Origin: Trueperaceae bacterium
Lineage (GTDB): Bacteria; Deinococcota; Deinococci; Deinococcales; Trueperaceae
NCBI GenBank assembly: GCA_965213925.1
Contig: OZ243927.1
Coordinates: forward strand, 2,816,001 to 2,880,000
DNA length: 64,000 nt
Direction: 5' to 3'
Of the stretch, positions 8,611 to 17,487 are shown piece by piece. The position numbers and the translations under genes were made by a program. A model generated the notes under the pieces. It had not been told where the DNA came from and ran no database searches. It was given only the letters and a program-made list of their open reading frames with translations. Within the stretch, counting starts at the first letter, position 1; each line of letters begins with the position of its first letter.

Positions 8611-9750
8611 ATGATCAACTTCGCGCTTACAGACGAACAGCGGCAGTTTCAGTCTTTGGCACGTCAGTTCACCAAAGAGGTCATCATCCCCTGCGCGAGC
8701 CAGTACGACCGCGAGGAGCGCTACCCCGAAGAGGTCGTCCACCAGGCGCACGAGTTGGGGCTTCTCAACACCCTCATCCCCGAAGAAAATGGCGGCTTAG
8801 GACTCTCTATGATGGATGAGGTCGTCATCGGCGAAGAACTCGGCTACGGCTGTATGGGCATCTACACGATTCTGATGGCGTCCGAACTCGGGCTCACGCC
8901 GATTTTGCTGGCAGGCACGGACGAGCAGAAAGCGCGCTTTTTAGAACCTCTTTTAGAGGGTCCGAAGCTCGCCGCCTTCGCTCTCTCCGAACCCGACAAC
9001 GGCTCAGACGCTGGCGCGATGAAAACGCGGGCGAAGCTCCAAGGTGACGAGGTCGTCTTGACCGGCAGCAAGATGTGGATTTCGAACGGCGGCTTAGCCG
9101 ACCTCACCGTCGTCTTCGCCTCGCACGCGCCCGAAGAGAAGCACCGGGGCACGCTCGCTATCGTCGTAGAGGGCACGCCCAAGGGGATGAGCCACCAAAA
9201 GATTCACGGCAAGATGGGGCAGCGCGCGAGCTACACCGCCGAAGTCGTGTTCGACAACGTGCGCGTCCCCGCCGCGAACATCCTAGGCGAGCCCGGCGAC
9301 GGCTTCAAAATCTCCATGAAGACGTTGGATAAGACGCGCATCCCCGTCGCGGCGGGCTCGGTGGGCGTGGCGCGGCGGGCATTGGACGAATGCGTGAAAT
9401 ACTCCGCCGAGCGAAACGCCTTCGGCAAGCCCATCAACCGCCTGCAGGCGATTCAGTTCAAGATGGCGGACATGAAAATTGGCATCGAAACCGCGCGTTG
9501 GCAGACCTATCACGCAGCCTGGCTCGTGGACCAGGGGATGCCCCACACCGAAGCCTCCGCCATCGCCAAAGCCTACGCCTCGGACATGGCCTTTGACGCG
9601 GCGAACGAGGCGATTCAGCTTCACGGGGGCTACGGTTACGTGCAGGAATATCCGGTGGAGAAGCTTTTGCGCGACGTGAAGCTCAACCAAATTTATGAGG
9701 GGACGAACGAGATTCAGCGGGTGGTGATTGCGCGGGGGTTGACCTCTTGA
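8611..9750 (+). CDS. Acyl-CoA dehydrogenase (medium-chain type)
   Basis: AAGGAG RBS before ATG 8611; ALSEPDNGSD, GSKMWISNG, QLHGGYGY, IYEGTNEIQR. Confidence 0.96.
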   Translation: MINFALTDEQRQFQSLARQFTKEVIIPCASQYDREERYPEEVVHQAHELGLLNTLIPEENGGLGLSMMDEVVIGEELGYGCMGIYTILMASELGLTPILLAGTDEQKARFLEPLLEGPKLAAFALSEPDNGSDAGAMKTRAKLQGDEVVLTGSKMWISNGGLADLTVVFASHAPEEKHRGTLAIVVEGTPKGMSHQKIHGKMGQRASYTAEVVFDNVRVPAANILGEPGDGFKISMKTLDKTRIPVAAGSVGVARRALDECVKYSAERNAFGKPINRLQAIQFKMADMKIGIETARWQTYHAAWLVDQGMPHTEASAIAKAYASDMAFDAANEAIQLHGGYGYVQEYPVEKLLRDVKLNQIYEGTNEIQRVVIARGLTS

Positions 9751-9770
9751 GTTGGTCGACTTGAAGATGA

Positions 9771-10232
9771 TTGGAAGTCCCTGTAGAGCAGTTTCAAGAC
9801 GTCATGCCTGACTCAGATATAGACATTGTCGGCGTTCCTCCACAAATCGTAGGGAAGCACTGTCAAGCTCTTTTGTGCCAGCAGTATTGGTATCAAGGAA
9901 GGCTCACGGAAGCCGCTCTTAGCACCTTCCTAAAGTTTGAGAATCAGTGGCATCGTCTCTTTCTCGACTTCAATACGATTTTTTGGCGTCCACAAGAGGA
10001 GGAGCCGGAGTCTTGGAATATTCCAGAAAAAGGGTTTGACTATCCGCTTATCAACTTAGGCGGGTTTTTGAAACTCGAGGGAGCTATTTTACTGGACTTC
10101 ACTTCTGAATCCATCGAGGGTGCAATAGGAGTCCGCATCATCTTTACATTCGATGATGGTTACGTCGTAGTTCTTGAAAACAGGAATGACATAACCCATC
10201 TTTTAGTAAGGTCTGCCAATGTTGAAAGGTGA
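9771..10232 (+). CDS. Hypothetical protein, lower GC than flanks (true start may be ATG 9804)
   Basis: Uninterrupted ORF with aromatic-rich globular composition. Confidence 0.65.
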   Translation: MEVPVEQFQDVMPDSDIDIVGVPPQIVGKHCQALLCQQYWYQGRLTEAALSTFLKFENQWHRLFLDFNTIFWRPQEEEPESWNIPEKGFDYPLINLGGFLKLEGAILLDFTSESIEGAIGVRIIFTFDDGYVVVLENRNDITHLLVRSANVER

Positions 10233-10338
10233 GAATAAGCTTTAGTTGCTTTCTACACTTTTCGCAATGCGCTCCCGCTTATCTCGAATACAATTCTTCC
10301 GTCAATCCAACGCTCGAGCCTAACTTATACTGCGCTAA

Positions 10339-11103
10339 ATGAACACTAAAGAAATCTTCAACGCCAAAGCCGAGCACTATACCGCCTCCAAAACGAACCC
10401 TTGGGACAAATTACGCTACGACCTTTGGACTGCGAACATAGGGAAACACGCACCAGAGAACGAACTGCGCGTTCTCGACGTGGGCGGTGGTGACGGTCTC
10501 GACAGCGTCATCTGGGCGCGAAGAGGTCACAAAGTTACGCTGCTCGACACCTCATCTAAGATGTTGGAACAGGCTAGAAAGCGAGTCGAGGCTGAGAAAC
10601 TATCACATAGCGTGGTGTTTCTCGAGCAAGACCTCTTGACCCACTCCTCTTTAGATCAGTCTTTCGACCTCGTTCTATGCCACAACCTTCTGCCCTACCT
10701 GGATGATATTGAGGGTCCATTAGAGCGTCTCAAATCCGCTCTTAAACCGGATGGGCTGCTCTCGGTCGTCTGCCTCAACCGCTACTCCGAGCCGTTCCGC
10801 CAAGCGGTGCAGCAACAGGATGTGGAAGCGGCATTACGAACATTGGACGAAACGACCTACACGACGGCAGCTTTTGGCATACCCATCACCCTCTTCACGG
10901 CTGACGAAGTCGTTTTGGCGGCGAACGCGCAAGGGCTCGAGCTTGCCGCTCAGTACGGCGTGCGCTGCGTGAACGACTATATTCCGAATGAGGCGAAAAG
11001 GGATTATGAAGCGGTGTTGAGGCTCGAGCTTGCCCTAACCAACCGCCACCCCTACTACCTCTTGGCGCGGTTTTTTCAACTTATCCTCAAAAGAAAGGGC
11101 TGA
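10339..11103 (+). CDS. Class I SAM-dependent methyltransferase (SmtA/CmoM-like)
   Basis: VLDVGGGDG motif I, FDLVLCHNLLPY, LKPDGLLS, YGVRCVNDY. Confidence 0.9.
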   Translation: MNTKEIFNAKAEHYTASKTNPWDKLRYDLWTANIGKHAPENELRVLDVGGGDGLDSVIWARRGHKVTLLDTSSKMLEQARKRVEAEKLSHSVVFLEQDLLTHSSLDQSFDLVLCHNLLPYLDDIEGPLERLKSALKPDGLLSVVCLNRYSEPFRQAVQQQDVEAALRTLDETTYTTAAFGIPITLFTADEVVLAANAQGLELAAQYGVRCVNDYIPNEAKRDYEAVLRLELALTNRHPYYLLARFFQLILKRKG

Positions 11104-11140
11104 GTTCGCATCTCTCTTAGCCCTTTCACCTTACGACCTA

Positions 11141-11233
11141 CTAACCCGCCGACTCCGCCATCACTTGCGCGTCGAAGACGTAGTCGTTTGCTGCAACCTG
11201 CGTGTGGCAGCTTATGCACCCGGTTGAGGTCGG
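11141..11233 (-). pseudogene. 3' remnant of a c-type cytochrome, cytochrome P460-like
   Basis: Minus strand reads PTSTGCISCHTQVAANDYVFDAQVMAESAG*; in-frame TAG immediately upstream, no start codon before the motif. Confidence 0.6.
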
Positions 11234-11378
11234 CTAAATAGGTGACGCGCGTGAGCTTTTGGCGGCAGATACTCGCTCAGCTAGGTGCGGCGGCTGAACG
11301 CCCCAGCGCCATAAAATCGGTTAGAATTCAGCATTACCTTGTGGGACGCGCCCCGTCCTACTGATACGAGGATATTGC

Positions 11379-11987
11379 GTGATTAAACACCCCCCCTTTA
11401 GCGCCGCCGAGCCCGACTTTGACGAAACAGCCAACTCACCTGCCGACGACCTGAGCGACCTCATCGCGGCGCTCATCGCGGGGCTCGGGGAGGACGTCTC
11501 GAGAGAGGGGCTCGCAGGCACCCCCCAGCGCGTCGAGCGCTCCTTGCGCCACCTTATGAGCGGCTACCACGCAGACCTAGAGACCGTGATCAACGGCGCG
11601 CTTTTCCAGGCGGAGGGCGCGGAGATGGTCGCCGTCAAGGGGATCGAATTTTATTCGCTCTGCGAACACCACATGTTGCCCTTTTTCGGTCAGGTGCATC
11701 TCGCTTACGTTCCTAACGAAACGATATTGGGGCTCAGCAAGTTCGCGCGCCTCGTCGACGTGTTCGCGCGGCGGATGCAGGTGCAAGAGCGCTTAACGGC
11801 GCAACTCGCGGACGCCCTCGAGGAGATTCTAGCGCCCCAAGGCGTCGCCGTCGTCACCGAGGCGAGCCACCTCTGCATGATGATGCGCGGCGTGGAGAAG
11901 CAGGGCGCACTAACTAGGGCGAGCGTCATGCGCGGTGTGTTCAAAGAGGACACCGAACTCAAAAGGGAGTTTTTGGCGTCCCTTTAG
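11379..11987 (+). CDS. folE: GTP cyclohydrolase I
   Basis: REGLAGTPQRV, SLCEHHMLPFFG, GLSKFAR, QVQERLT, HLCMMMRGVEK. Confidence 0.97.
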   Translation: MIKHPPFSAAEPDFDETANSPADDLSDLIAALIAGLGEDVSREGLAGTPQRVERSLRHLMSGYHADLETVINGALFQAEGAEMVAVKGIEFYSLCEHHMLPFFGQVHLAYVPNETILGLSKFARLVDVFARRMQVQERLTAQLADALEEILAPQGVAVVTEASHLCMMMRGVEKQGALTRASVMRGVFKEDTELKREFLASL

Positions 11988-12052
11988 GTCATGGGTCGGC
12001 GTAGCGCGCTAGTATCATTCACAACGAGGAACCCGAGGACGTATCACGTTAG

Positions 12053-12256
12053 ATCATCAGACGCCGCCACCTCTCATTCGCTGGAAGGCTTAAAAACCGC
12101 ATCGGCTCGAAAAGCTGGCTCATCGGTCTCTCCGCCCAGGAGAGGTTGGGCAATCGCGAACTTCATATCCACGTTCTTGCAGACGCGACGCCTGAAGAGG
12201 GACCGAGCGCTAGGGTCGCCATCACCACCTCGCTAGACAATTCCACCAAGTTTTAA
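12053..12256 (+). pseudogene. Degenerate fragment of a Lon protease catalytic domain
   Basis: Frame starting 12053 reads ...ELHIHVLADATPEEGPSARVAITTSL..., matching the Lon HIHVPEGATPKDGPSAG motif; no start codon. Confidence 0.65.
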
Positions 12257-12286
12257 GAGGGCTGAGTTTCGATTCGGCTCTCTTTT
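12255..12286 (+). terminator. Probable intrinsic terminator
   Basis: AAGAGGGCTGA-loop-TCGGCTCTCTT hairpin followed by T. Confidence 0.6.
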
Positions 12287-12317
12287 CCGTTATAGCTGGT
12301 GTATGCTAACATAAGCC

Positions 12318-12551
12318 ATGAAGCGCACAACGATTTACCTAGACCCTGAATTAGAAGTCATGCTCAAGCTCGAGGCGATGCGGCAGCAAAAGCCGATGGC
12401 CGAGGTGATTCGTGAGACGCTGCGGGAGAAGCTGGAGAGACGACCTCGCCCGCAATCTAAATACGTTGGGGCGTTCGACAGTGGACGGACGGATACCGCC
12501 GAACGGCATGAAGAACTTTTAGGCGAATGGGGCTTCGGCGAGGATAGCTAA
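12318..12551 (+). CDS. vapB: CopG/RHH-family antitoxin
   Basis: MKRTTIYLD...MAEVIRETL RHH pattern, FDSGRTDTAERHEELL tail; precedes PIN gene. Confidence 0.88.
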   Translation: MKRTTIYLDPELEVMLKLEAMRQQKPMAEVIRETLREKLERRPRPQSKYVGAFDSGRTDTAERHEELLGEWGFGEDS

Positions 12552-12554
12552 AAC

Positions 12555-12959
12555 GTGCCGCTAATCACCGATACGGGTGCGATTTACGCCTTTTATGACC
12601 GTAGAGATAGTTGGCACGAGCGCATGGAAACACTCCTTAACGGAGAAAGTGCGCTTATCTTGCCCTCTGCAACCCTCCCGGAGATAGATTACCTGCTCGG
12701 TAGAGACTTTGGAGCAAAAGGGCGCTTTGCCTTCTACGAAGACATCGAGGCGGGCGTTTATCTCCTCACCGAACTTCCCAGAGAAAGCTACGCGCGGGTA
12801 TTTGACCTTAATAGGCGTTACACCGACCTCAACTTGGGGTTTGTCGACGCGGCTGTTATCGCTACGTCGGAAGCGCTAGGGCTACCTCGCATCGCGACAA
12901 CAGACCGCAGGCACTTTAGCGTCGTAGCAAGAGAAGTGAGGCTCGAGCTGCTGCCCTAA
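12555..12959 (+). CDS. vapC: PIN-domain toxin
   Basis: ITDTGAIYA, PEIDY, LGFVDAAV, ATTDRRHF; acidic tetrad intact. Confidence 0.93.
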   Translation: MPLITDTGAIYAFYDRRDSWHERMETLLNGESALILPSATLPEIDYLLGRDFGAKGRFAFYEDIEAGVYLLTELPRESYARVFDLNRRYTDLNLGFVDAAVIATSEALGLPRIATTDRRHFSVVAREVRLELLP

Positions 12960-12970
12960 CATTAAAAAGG

Positions 12971-13742
12971 GGTAGTGGTCGCACCTCGAATGCTACAATA
13001 AAGGAATGGTAACGAAGATAGTAACCTGCCGTCACTGCAACAGCGAGAACATTGTCAAGAATGGGATAGCCCCGAATGGCAAACAGAAGTATAGGTGCAA
13101 GGACTGTAAGAAACAGAGCCGCGAAGACCCGAGTCCGAATGGCTACACCGAGCCGCGTAAAGAGGAGATTCTCGGTGCCTATGAGGAGCGTTCAAGTCTG
13201 AGAGGGCTGGAGCGCACCTTCGGGGTGGCGCGTAGTACCGTAAGCCGCTGGCTCAAAAAAAACGAAGAAGGCTTCCCGCACTGAAAGACACCCTCGTCCG
13301 ATTCGATGTTCCTCAGCGCGTGGAGCTAGAGCTTGATGAGATGTGGTCGTTTGTGCAGAGGAAAAGCAAGAAACGCTGGATTTGGATCGCGTTATGTAAA
13401 CAGACCCGTCAGGTGGTCGCTTGTGTCATTGGCGGGCGTGGCGCGGCTACCTGCAAACAACTTTGGAAGGGCATTCCTGACAACTATAAACAAGGTCTCT
13501 GCTACAGCGACTTCTGGGAAGCCTACCAGAGCGTGCTCCCAGATGAACACCATCAAGCTGTGAGTAAAGCAAGCGGTCTCACCTCACACGTTGAACGTTT
13601 CAACAACACACTCAGGCAACGTCTTGCTCGCTTCGTGCGCAAGACGTTAGCCTTCTCCAAGTCTGAGCGTATGCACCTTATCTGCTTACACCGTTTCCTC
13701 GTGCGTTACAACCTAGATATCATTCGGGATTGAACCACTACC
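12971..13742 (+). mobile_element. Complete IS1-family insertion sequence (772 bp)
   Basis: 22-bp imperfect terminal IRs GGTAGTGGTCGCACCTCGAATG / GGTAGTGGTTCAATCCCGAATG; 8-bp target duplication TAAAAAGG at 12963-12970 and 13743-13750. Confidence 0.96.
13006..13733 (+). CDS. insAB: IS1 transposase, InsA (13006-13284) fused to InsB by -1 frameshift
   Basis: CRHC..CKDC zinc ribbon and HTH; A8C slippery run at 13255-13263; -1 frame continues KKRRRLPALK..ELDEMWSFV, YSDFW, HVERFNNTLRQR (DDE). Confidence 0.94.
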
Positions 13743-13777
13743 TAAAAAGGTTGGACCGCTCAGCTTATCAAGCTTTT

Positions 13778-16700
13778 TCACTTAGCAACCTGCGCGTAAT
13801 GCGCGTCTAGCTCAATCCCTATATCTAAAAGCGCCACGATTCGCTGTACGATTTCACCCAGCCACTGCGCGTCCTCTAGCTCCAAAACCATATCTTTGCG
13901 GTAGCCGAGCCACTTCGAGAGGACAGGGTAGCCGCCGAGCGTATACGTCCACACCTCTTTGGGCACATTCTCGAGCCACAACGCATCACTCAGATAGAGC
14001 TTTCCCTCTTTCCAAGCAGGTTTGACTACCCTAAGTTCTTCGGGAAGGTTTTCGTTAAATCGCCCTAGTGTTTCATAAGGCGCAAGTAGCGCACTTGCGT
14101 CGCTCAGCGGGTCGAGAAGCCGCGCCACCTTTCCACCGAGTTCCGCGCCCGCCTCCAACCCCGTTTTATCCTCGGGTAGCGGGATACGCGGCCAGTCCTC
14201 CGCCAAGTATTCTGCGTGGTCCTCGCGGTAGGTGGGCGCGTGCATCACGGCGAGCGTATGGTAAAAAAGCGCCTCGGAAAGCCCAAACGCCTCTTCGGTA
14301 GGTTTGCCCGCCGCGTCCTTGACGCAGCCATAGCGCGACAGCACAGGCTCAGGTTTAGGAGGCCGTTTACAGTCCTGTTTTTCCTTAGGCAGTTTGAGCA
14401 GTTTGTTCTTGACGAGTTCGTCATAGAAGTCTGAGACGTTGGGGAGGTATTGGTAGTCGTCACTGTTGTCGAAGAGTCCAGCTTGTCCGCCCTCAATGGG
14501 ATGATAGCGAAGTTTGAGAGGTAAAGCGTCGGCATCGGGATCAATCAAGTGGAGATCAATCAAGCCTTGATCAAATAAAGGTGCATCGTAACCACGACGC
14601 ATAGTTTGAGATACGCTGATAAACTTATTGTCTTCAAATACTTGCGAAAAGAACTCTTTACGCTTTTCATTGAGCAGTTTTCCTTCTTCTTCCCAGTACA
14701 AAAAGCGTTTATCAAATGGACGATAGTGATAGTTGACGATTCGCTCTTCACGATATTGGGATTTCTCGAGCAGAAGTTGGCGATTAGCAACTGGAGTATA
14801 GCGGGCAGCCTTCTTCATTAAAACAGGATTGAGCTTATCTAATTCCTTTTGTGTAACTAACGGGTCATAATATTTCTGCATAAGCTCTTCTAACGTTTTT
14901 GCTTTGAAAGCTATAACAGCTTTATCACGGTTCGTGTTTACACCATCGAAACTTACAGGAAAAATCTCTTCTAGGTTGGTCCATGTCCAATAGGCGTCTT
15001 CTCCAACAAGCGGACGCAAGAGGTAGCGGTGTTGCCTTTCGGGTTGAAAACTTTCGCTAAAAGGTTGTGCTTGGGCAGCGAGCGCAGCCCTCTTCCCTTT
15101 GCCCGTGCCTTCTCGATATTCGCGGTAGTGAACTTTAGCGGTGTCTTTATCCGGTTTGCTGCTTACAAGATGAGCAATGGCAATGCCTACGCGAACGCCG
15201 CCCGCTGTCTCGGTTGTAAACACGCTGCCGTTATTTGCGCGGTTTGAGCGTTGCGAGCCGTGCAGGTCGTCAATATAGATGCTTGAAAAGTTCTCTACAA
15301 GATGTTGGCGCATGACGGGATGTGACAAACCCGTTAGGTACGAGCGGTTCGTGATGTACGAAACGATACCTTCACCCTGATTCTCTGCGATTTGTCTTTC
15401 TGCTAGTCGGATGAAGCGGATATAGAGGTCGTCCAGCGTTTGCTTTTTGACGCCCCAAGACTGTTGCAAACATTGTTTGTAAGGTGCAATGAGGTCAGCT
15501 TGCTCGTTTTCCGCCACGCCCGAAAAACGGTCATAAGGCGGGTTGCCGATAAAGACCAGAATTTTCTCTTGCCGCTTGACGTTGTCCGCCGCCTCTTTCT
15601 CCTTGGCAAACTGCGGCCAAATCGGGGTCACGTCCTCCTTAGCATCCTTTTTCCACCCGAGCAGGCTATTTGTGAGGTAAACGCCGACGCGCTCCCCCTC
15701 GCCAAGCGCTGTACCTGCCTCTGCGAGCAAAAGCCCGAGTTGTAAGTGGGCGATAACGAAGGGTGCGGGCAGTAGTTCAAAGCCGAAGATGCGCTCTTGA
15801 AAGGCTTTTTTGACGATGCGCCCGCGCAAGGGGTTGTTGGCAAGGCGCTCGAGCATAAACTTGCCGATTTCAACCAGGTAGGACCCCGTCCCCGTCGCAG
15901 GGTCGAGCACCACCACGCGCTCGTCCATCAGCCCTTTAGCGATGTCGAGTTCGTCTTTGAGGAGTTGGTCGGTCTTCTCCACCTGATAGCGGACGATTTC
16001 ACGCGGCGTGTACCAGACGCCTAAGTCCTTGCGGAGTTGCTTGTCGAACTTCTCCAGAAAAGGTTCGTAGAAATACTGAACGGCTTGCCCTTCGTCAAAG
16101 GCTTTGAGAAACGCATCGGGGTCAACGCGCTTGAGAGCGTCTACAGCCCAGTCAATCGGGGTTTTAAGCTCGAGGTTTTTAAGTCTTCTCGGTTGCGTCA
16201 CCTCTTCGAAAAGGTCAACGACGAGCGGAACCTTGAGGTATTCGGACGCTTCGTAGAGCGTTAGCTTGTCCCCTTTACCTTGCTTAGCCGCTTCTACCCA
16301 AGCACTGAAGAGCCCGTAAAAGAGCGCTTGAACGACGCCGCTTCTAAAGAACTTTTCCCCCGCCTTGTCCTTAATCCTGATACCGAGTGCCTCCTCCATC
16401 GCTTTACGCAGTGGGGCGAGACTATCCTTCTCGGCAGCCTCGAGGCGATTGAGGGCGTCCTTGGCGTATTCAGAGAGGCGTTCGGCGAGCGCTTCAGGCT
16501 TGGTGATAGGCGTGCGCAGCTTGGTCCAGAGGTTGAGCAACTCGAGCAGCTTGGTCTCATGAGTGCTGACTACCTGGTCAAGCGGCGCATTGAGAAAGTC
16601 GTTCTGCGCAATTTCGTAGCGCTGCACCTCTTGGCTTTGATCAATAATCCAAAATTCGTAGAAGTTAGTGAGCAGCGTAGGCGCTTCTTTTGAGTAGCGT

Positions 16701-16963
16701 TGTGCTTGTTCTAAACCGTGTTTATTTTTGCTGAGCGGTGTTTTGAGCGCCTCGGCCTCGACGTATCCTTCAAAGACGTTGCTGACGCTTATGCCAATAT
16801 CAGGTAGACCTTGATGGTTACCTTTCGGCCAAGAGGTAACGTCAACCTCTTCAAGGGCAGCCTGAAGGAAATTCTTCAGCTCTGGAACGTAGCTGTTTTC
16901 GGGCGTTCCGGTATCGTTGCTGTAAATTTTTCTAACGGCGCTCAGGTAAGTTTTGAAGGACAC
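13778..16963 (-). CDS. Single-chain R-M enzyme: N-terminal PD-(D/E)xK-like domain, N6-adenine MTase and type ISP-like specificity region; no helicase
   Basis: YFYEPFL, GVWYTPREIV, VLDPATGTGSY, GNPPY, LDDLYIRFIR, YRPFD, WPRIP, YTLGGYPVLSKWL. Confidence 0.9.
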   Translation of the reverse strand: MSFKTYLSAVRKIYSNDTGTPENSYVPELKNFLQAALEEVDVTSWPKGNHQGLPDIGISVSNVFEGYVEAEALKTPLSKNKHGLEQAQRYSKEAPTLLTNFYEFWIIDQSQEVQRYEIAQNDFLNAPLDQVVSTHETKLLELLNLWTKLRTPITKPEALAERLSEYAKDALNRLEAAEKDSLAPLRKAMEEALGIRIKDKAGEKFFRSGVVQALFYGLFSAWVEAAKQGKGDKLTLYEASEYLKVPLVVDLFEEVTQPRRLKNLELKTPIDWAVDALKRVDPDAFLKAFDEGQAVQYFYEPFLEKFDKQLRKDLGVWYTPREIVRYQVEKTDQLLKDELDIAKGLMDERVVVLDPATGTGSYLVEIGKFMLERLANNPLRGRIVKKAFQERIFGFELLPAPFVIAHLQLGLLLAEAGTALGEGERVGVYLTNSLLGWKKDAKEDVTPIWPQFAKEKEAADNVKRQEKILVFIGNPPYDRFSGVAENEQADLIAPYKQCLQQSWGVKKQTLDDLYIRFIRLAERQIAENQGEGIVSYITNRSYLTGLSHPVMRQHLVENFSSIYIDDLHGSQRSNRANNGSVFTTETAGGVRVGIAIAHLVSSKPDKDTAKVHYREYREGTGKGKRAALAAQAQPFSESFQPERQHRYLLRPLVGEDAYWTWTNLEEIFPVSFDGVNTNRDKAVIAFKAKTLEELMQKYYDPLVTQKELDKLNPVLMKKAARYTPVANRQLLLEKSQYREERIVNYHYRPFDKRFLYWEEEGKLLNEKRKEFFSQVFEDNKFISVSQTMRRGYDAPLFDQGLIDLHLIDPDADALPLKLRYHPIEGGQAGLFDNSDDYQYLPNVSDFYDELVKNKLLKLPKEKQDCKRPPKPEPVLSRYGCVKDAAGKPTEEAFGLSEALFYHTLAVMHAPTYREDHAEYLAEDWPRIPLPEDKTGLEAGAELGGKVARLLDPLSDASALLAPYETLGRFNENLPEELRVVKPAWKEGKLYLSDALWLENVPKEVWTYTLGGYPVLSKWLGYRKDMVLELEDAQWLGEIVQRIVALLDIGIELDAHYAQVAK

Positions 16964-16998
16964 AGGCTATGTTACCTGACGCTCATAAGAAACGTAAA

Positions 16999-17487
16999 TC
17001 ACTCTTGGGCGTTAAATTCTTCACTCACCTCGAGCACCCGCTTGACAACATCCCCCGGATACCCCCGCCGCGCTAGATACGCATACGCCTTGCTTCTTCT
17101 CTCAAAAGGCTCCCCCTTCCAGCGCCACGCCTGCTTCTCCACGAGCGTCAGCGCCGCTTGCACCTGCTCCTCTTCGCCTAATTCCTCGATAGCGGGGGTG
17201 ATGAGCTTGCCCGGCACGCCTTTCTGGTAAAGCTCTTGCTTCAAGGCTAAAGGGCCTTTTTTGCGCTTGCGGGCGCGGATGTAGTTCTCGGCGTAGAGGG
17301 CGTCGTCAACGAAGTGGAGGCGCTCGAGCTTCTCCAACACCCGCTCAATCGTCTCAGGCGTTGCCTCTTTGCGCTCGAGTTTTTTGGCGAGTTGCGCCTT
17401 CGTGTACGACTGCCGCCCCAAGAGCCACAGCACGTAGTTCCAAGCGCGTTCATACGTATAAGGTCCGCTTTTCTTCCTACCCTCCAT
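16999..17487 (-). CDS. recX: Recombination regulator RecX
   Basis: LLGRQSYTKAQL..KL, FVDDALYAENYI, KGPLALKQELYQKG, YLARRGY. Confidence 0.93.
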   Translation of the reverse strand: MEGRKKSGPYTYERAWNYVLWLLGRQSYTKAQLAKKLERKEATPETIERVLEKLERLHFVDDALYAENYIRARKRKKGPLALKQELYQKGVPGKLITPAIEELGEEEQVQAALTLVEKQAWRWKGEPFERRSKAYAYLARRGYPGDVVKRVLEVSEEFNAQE

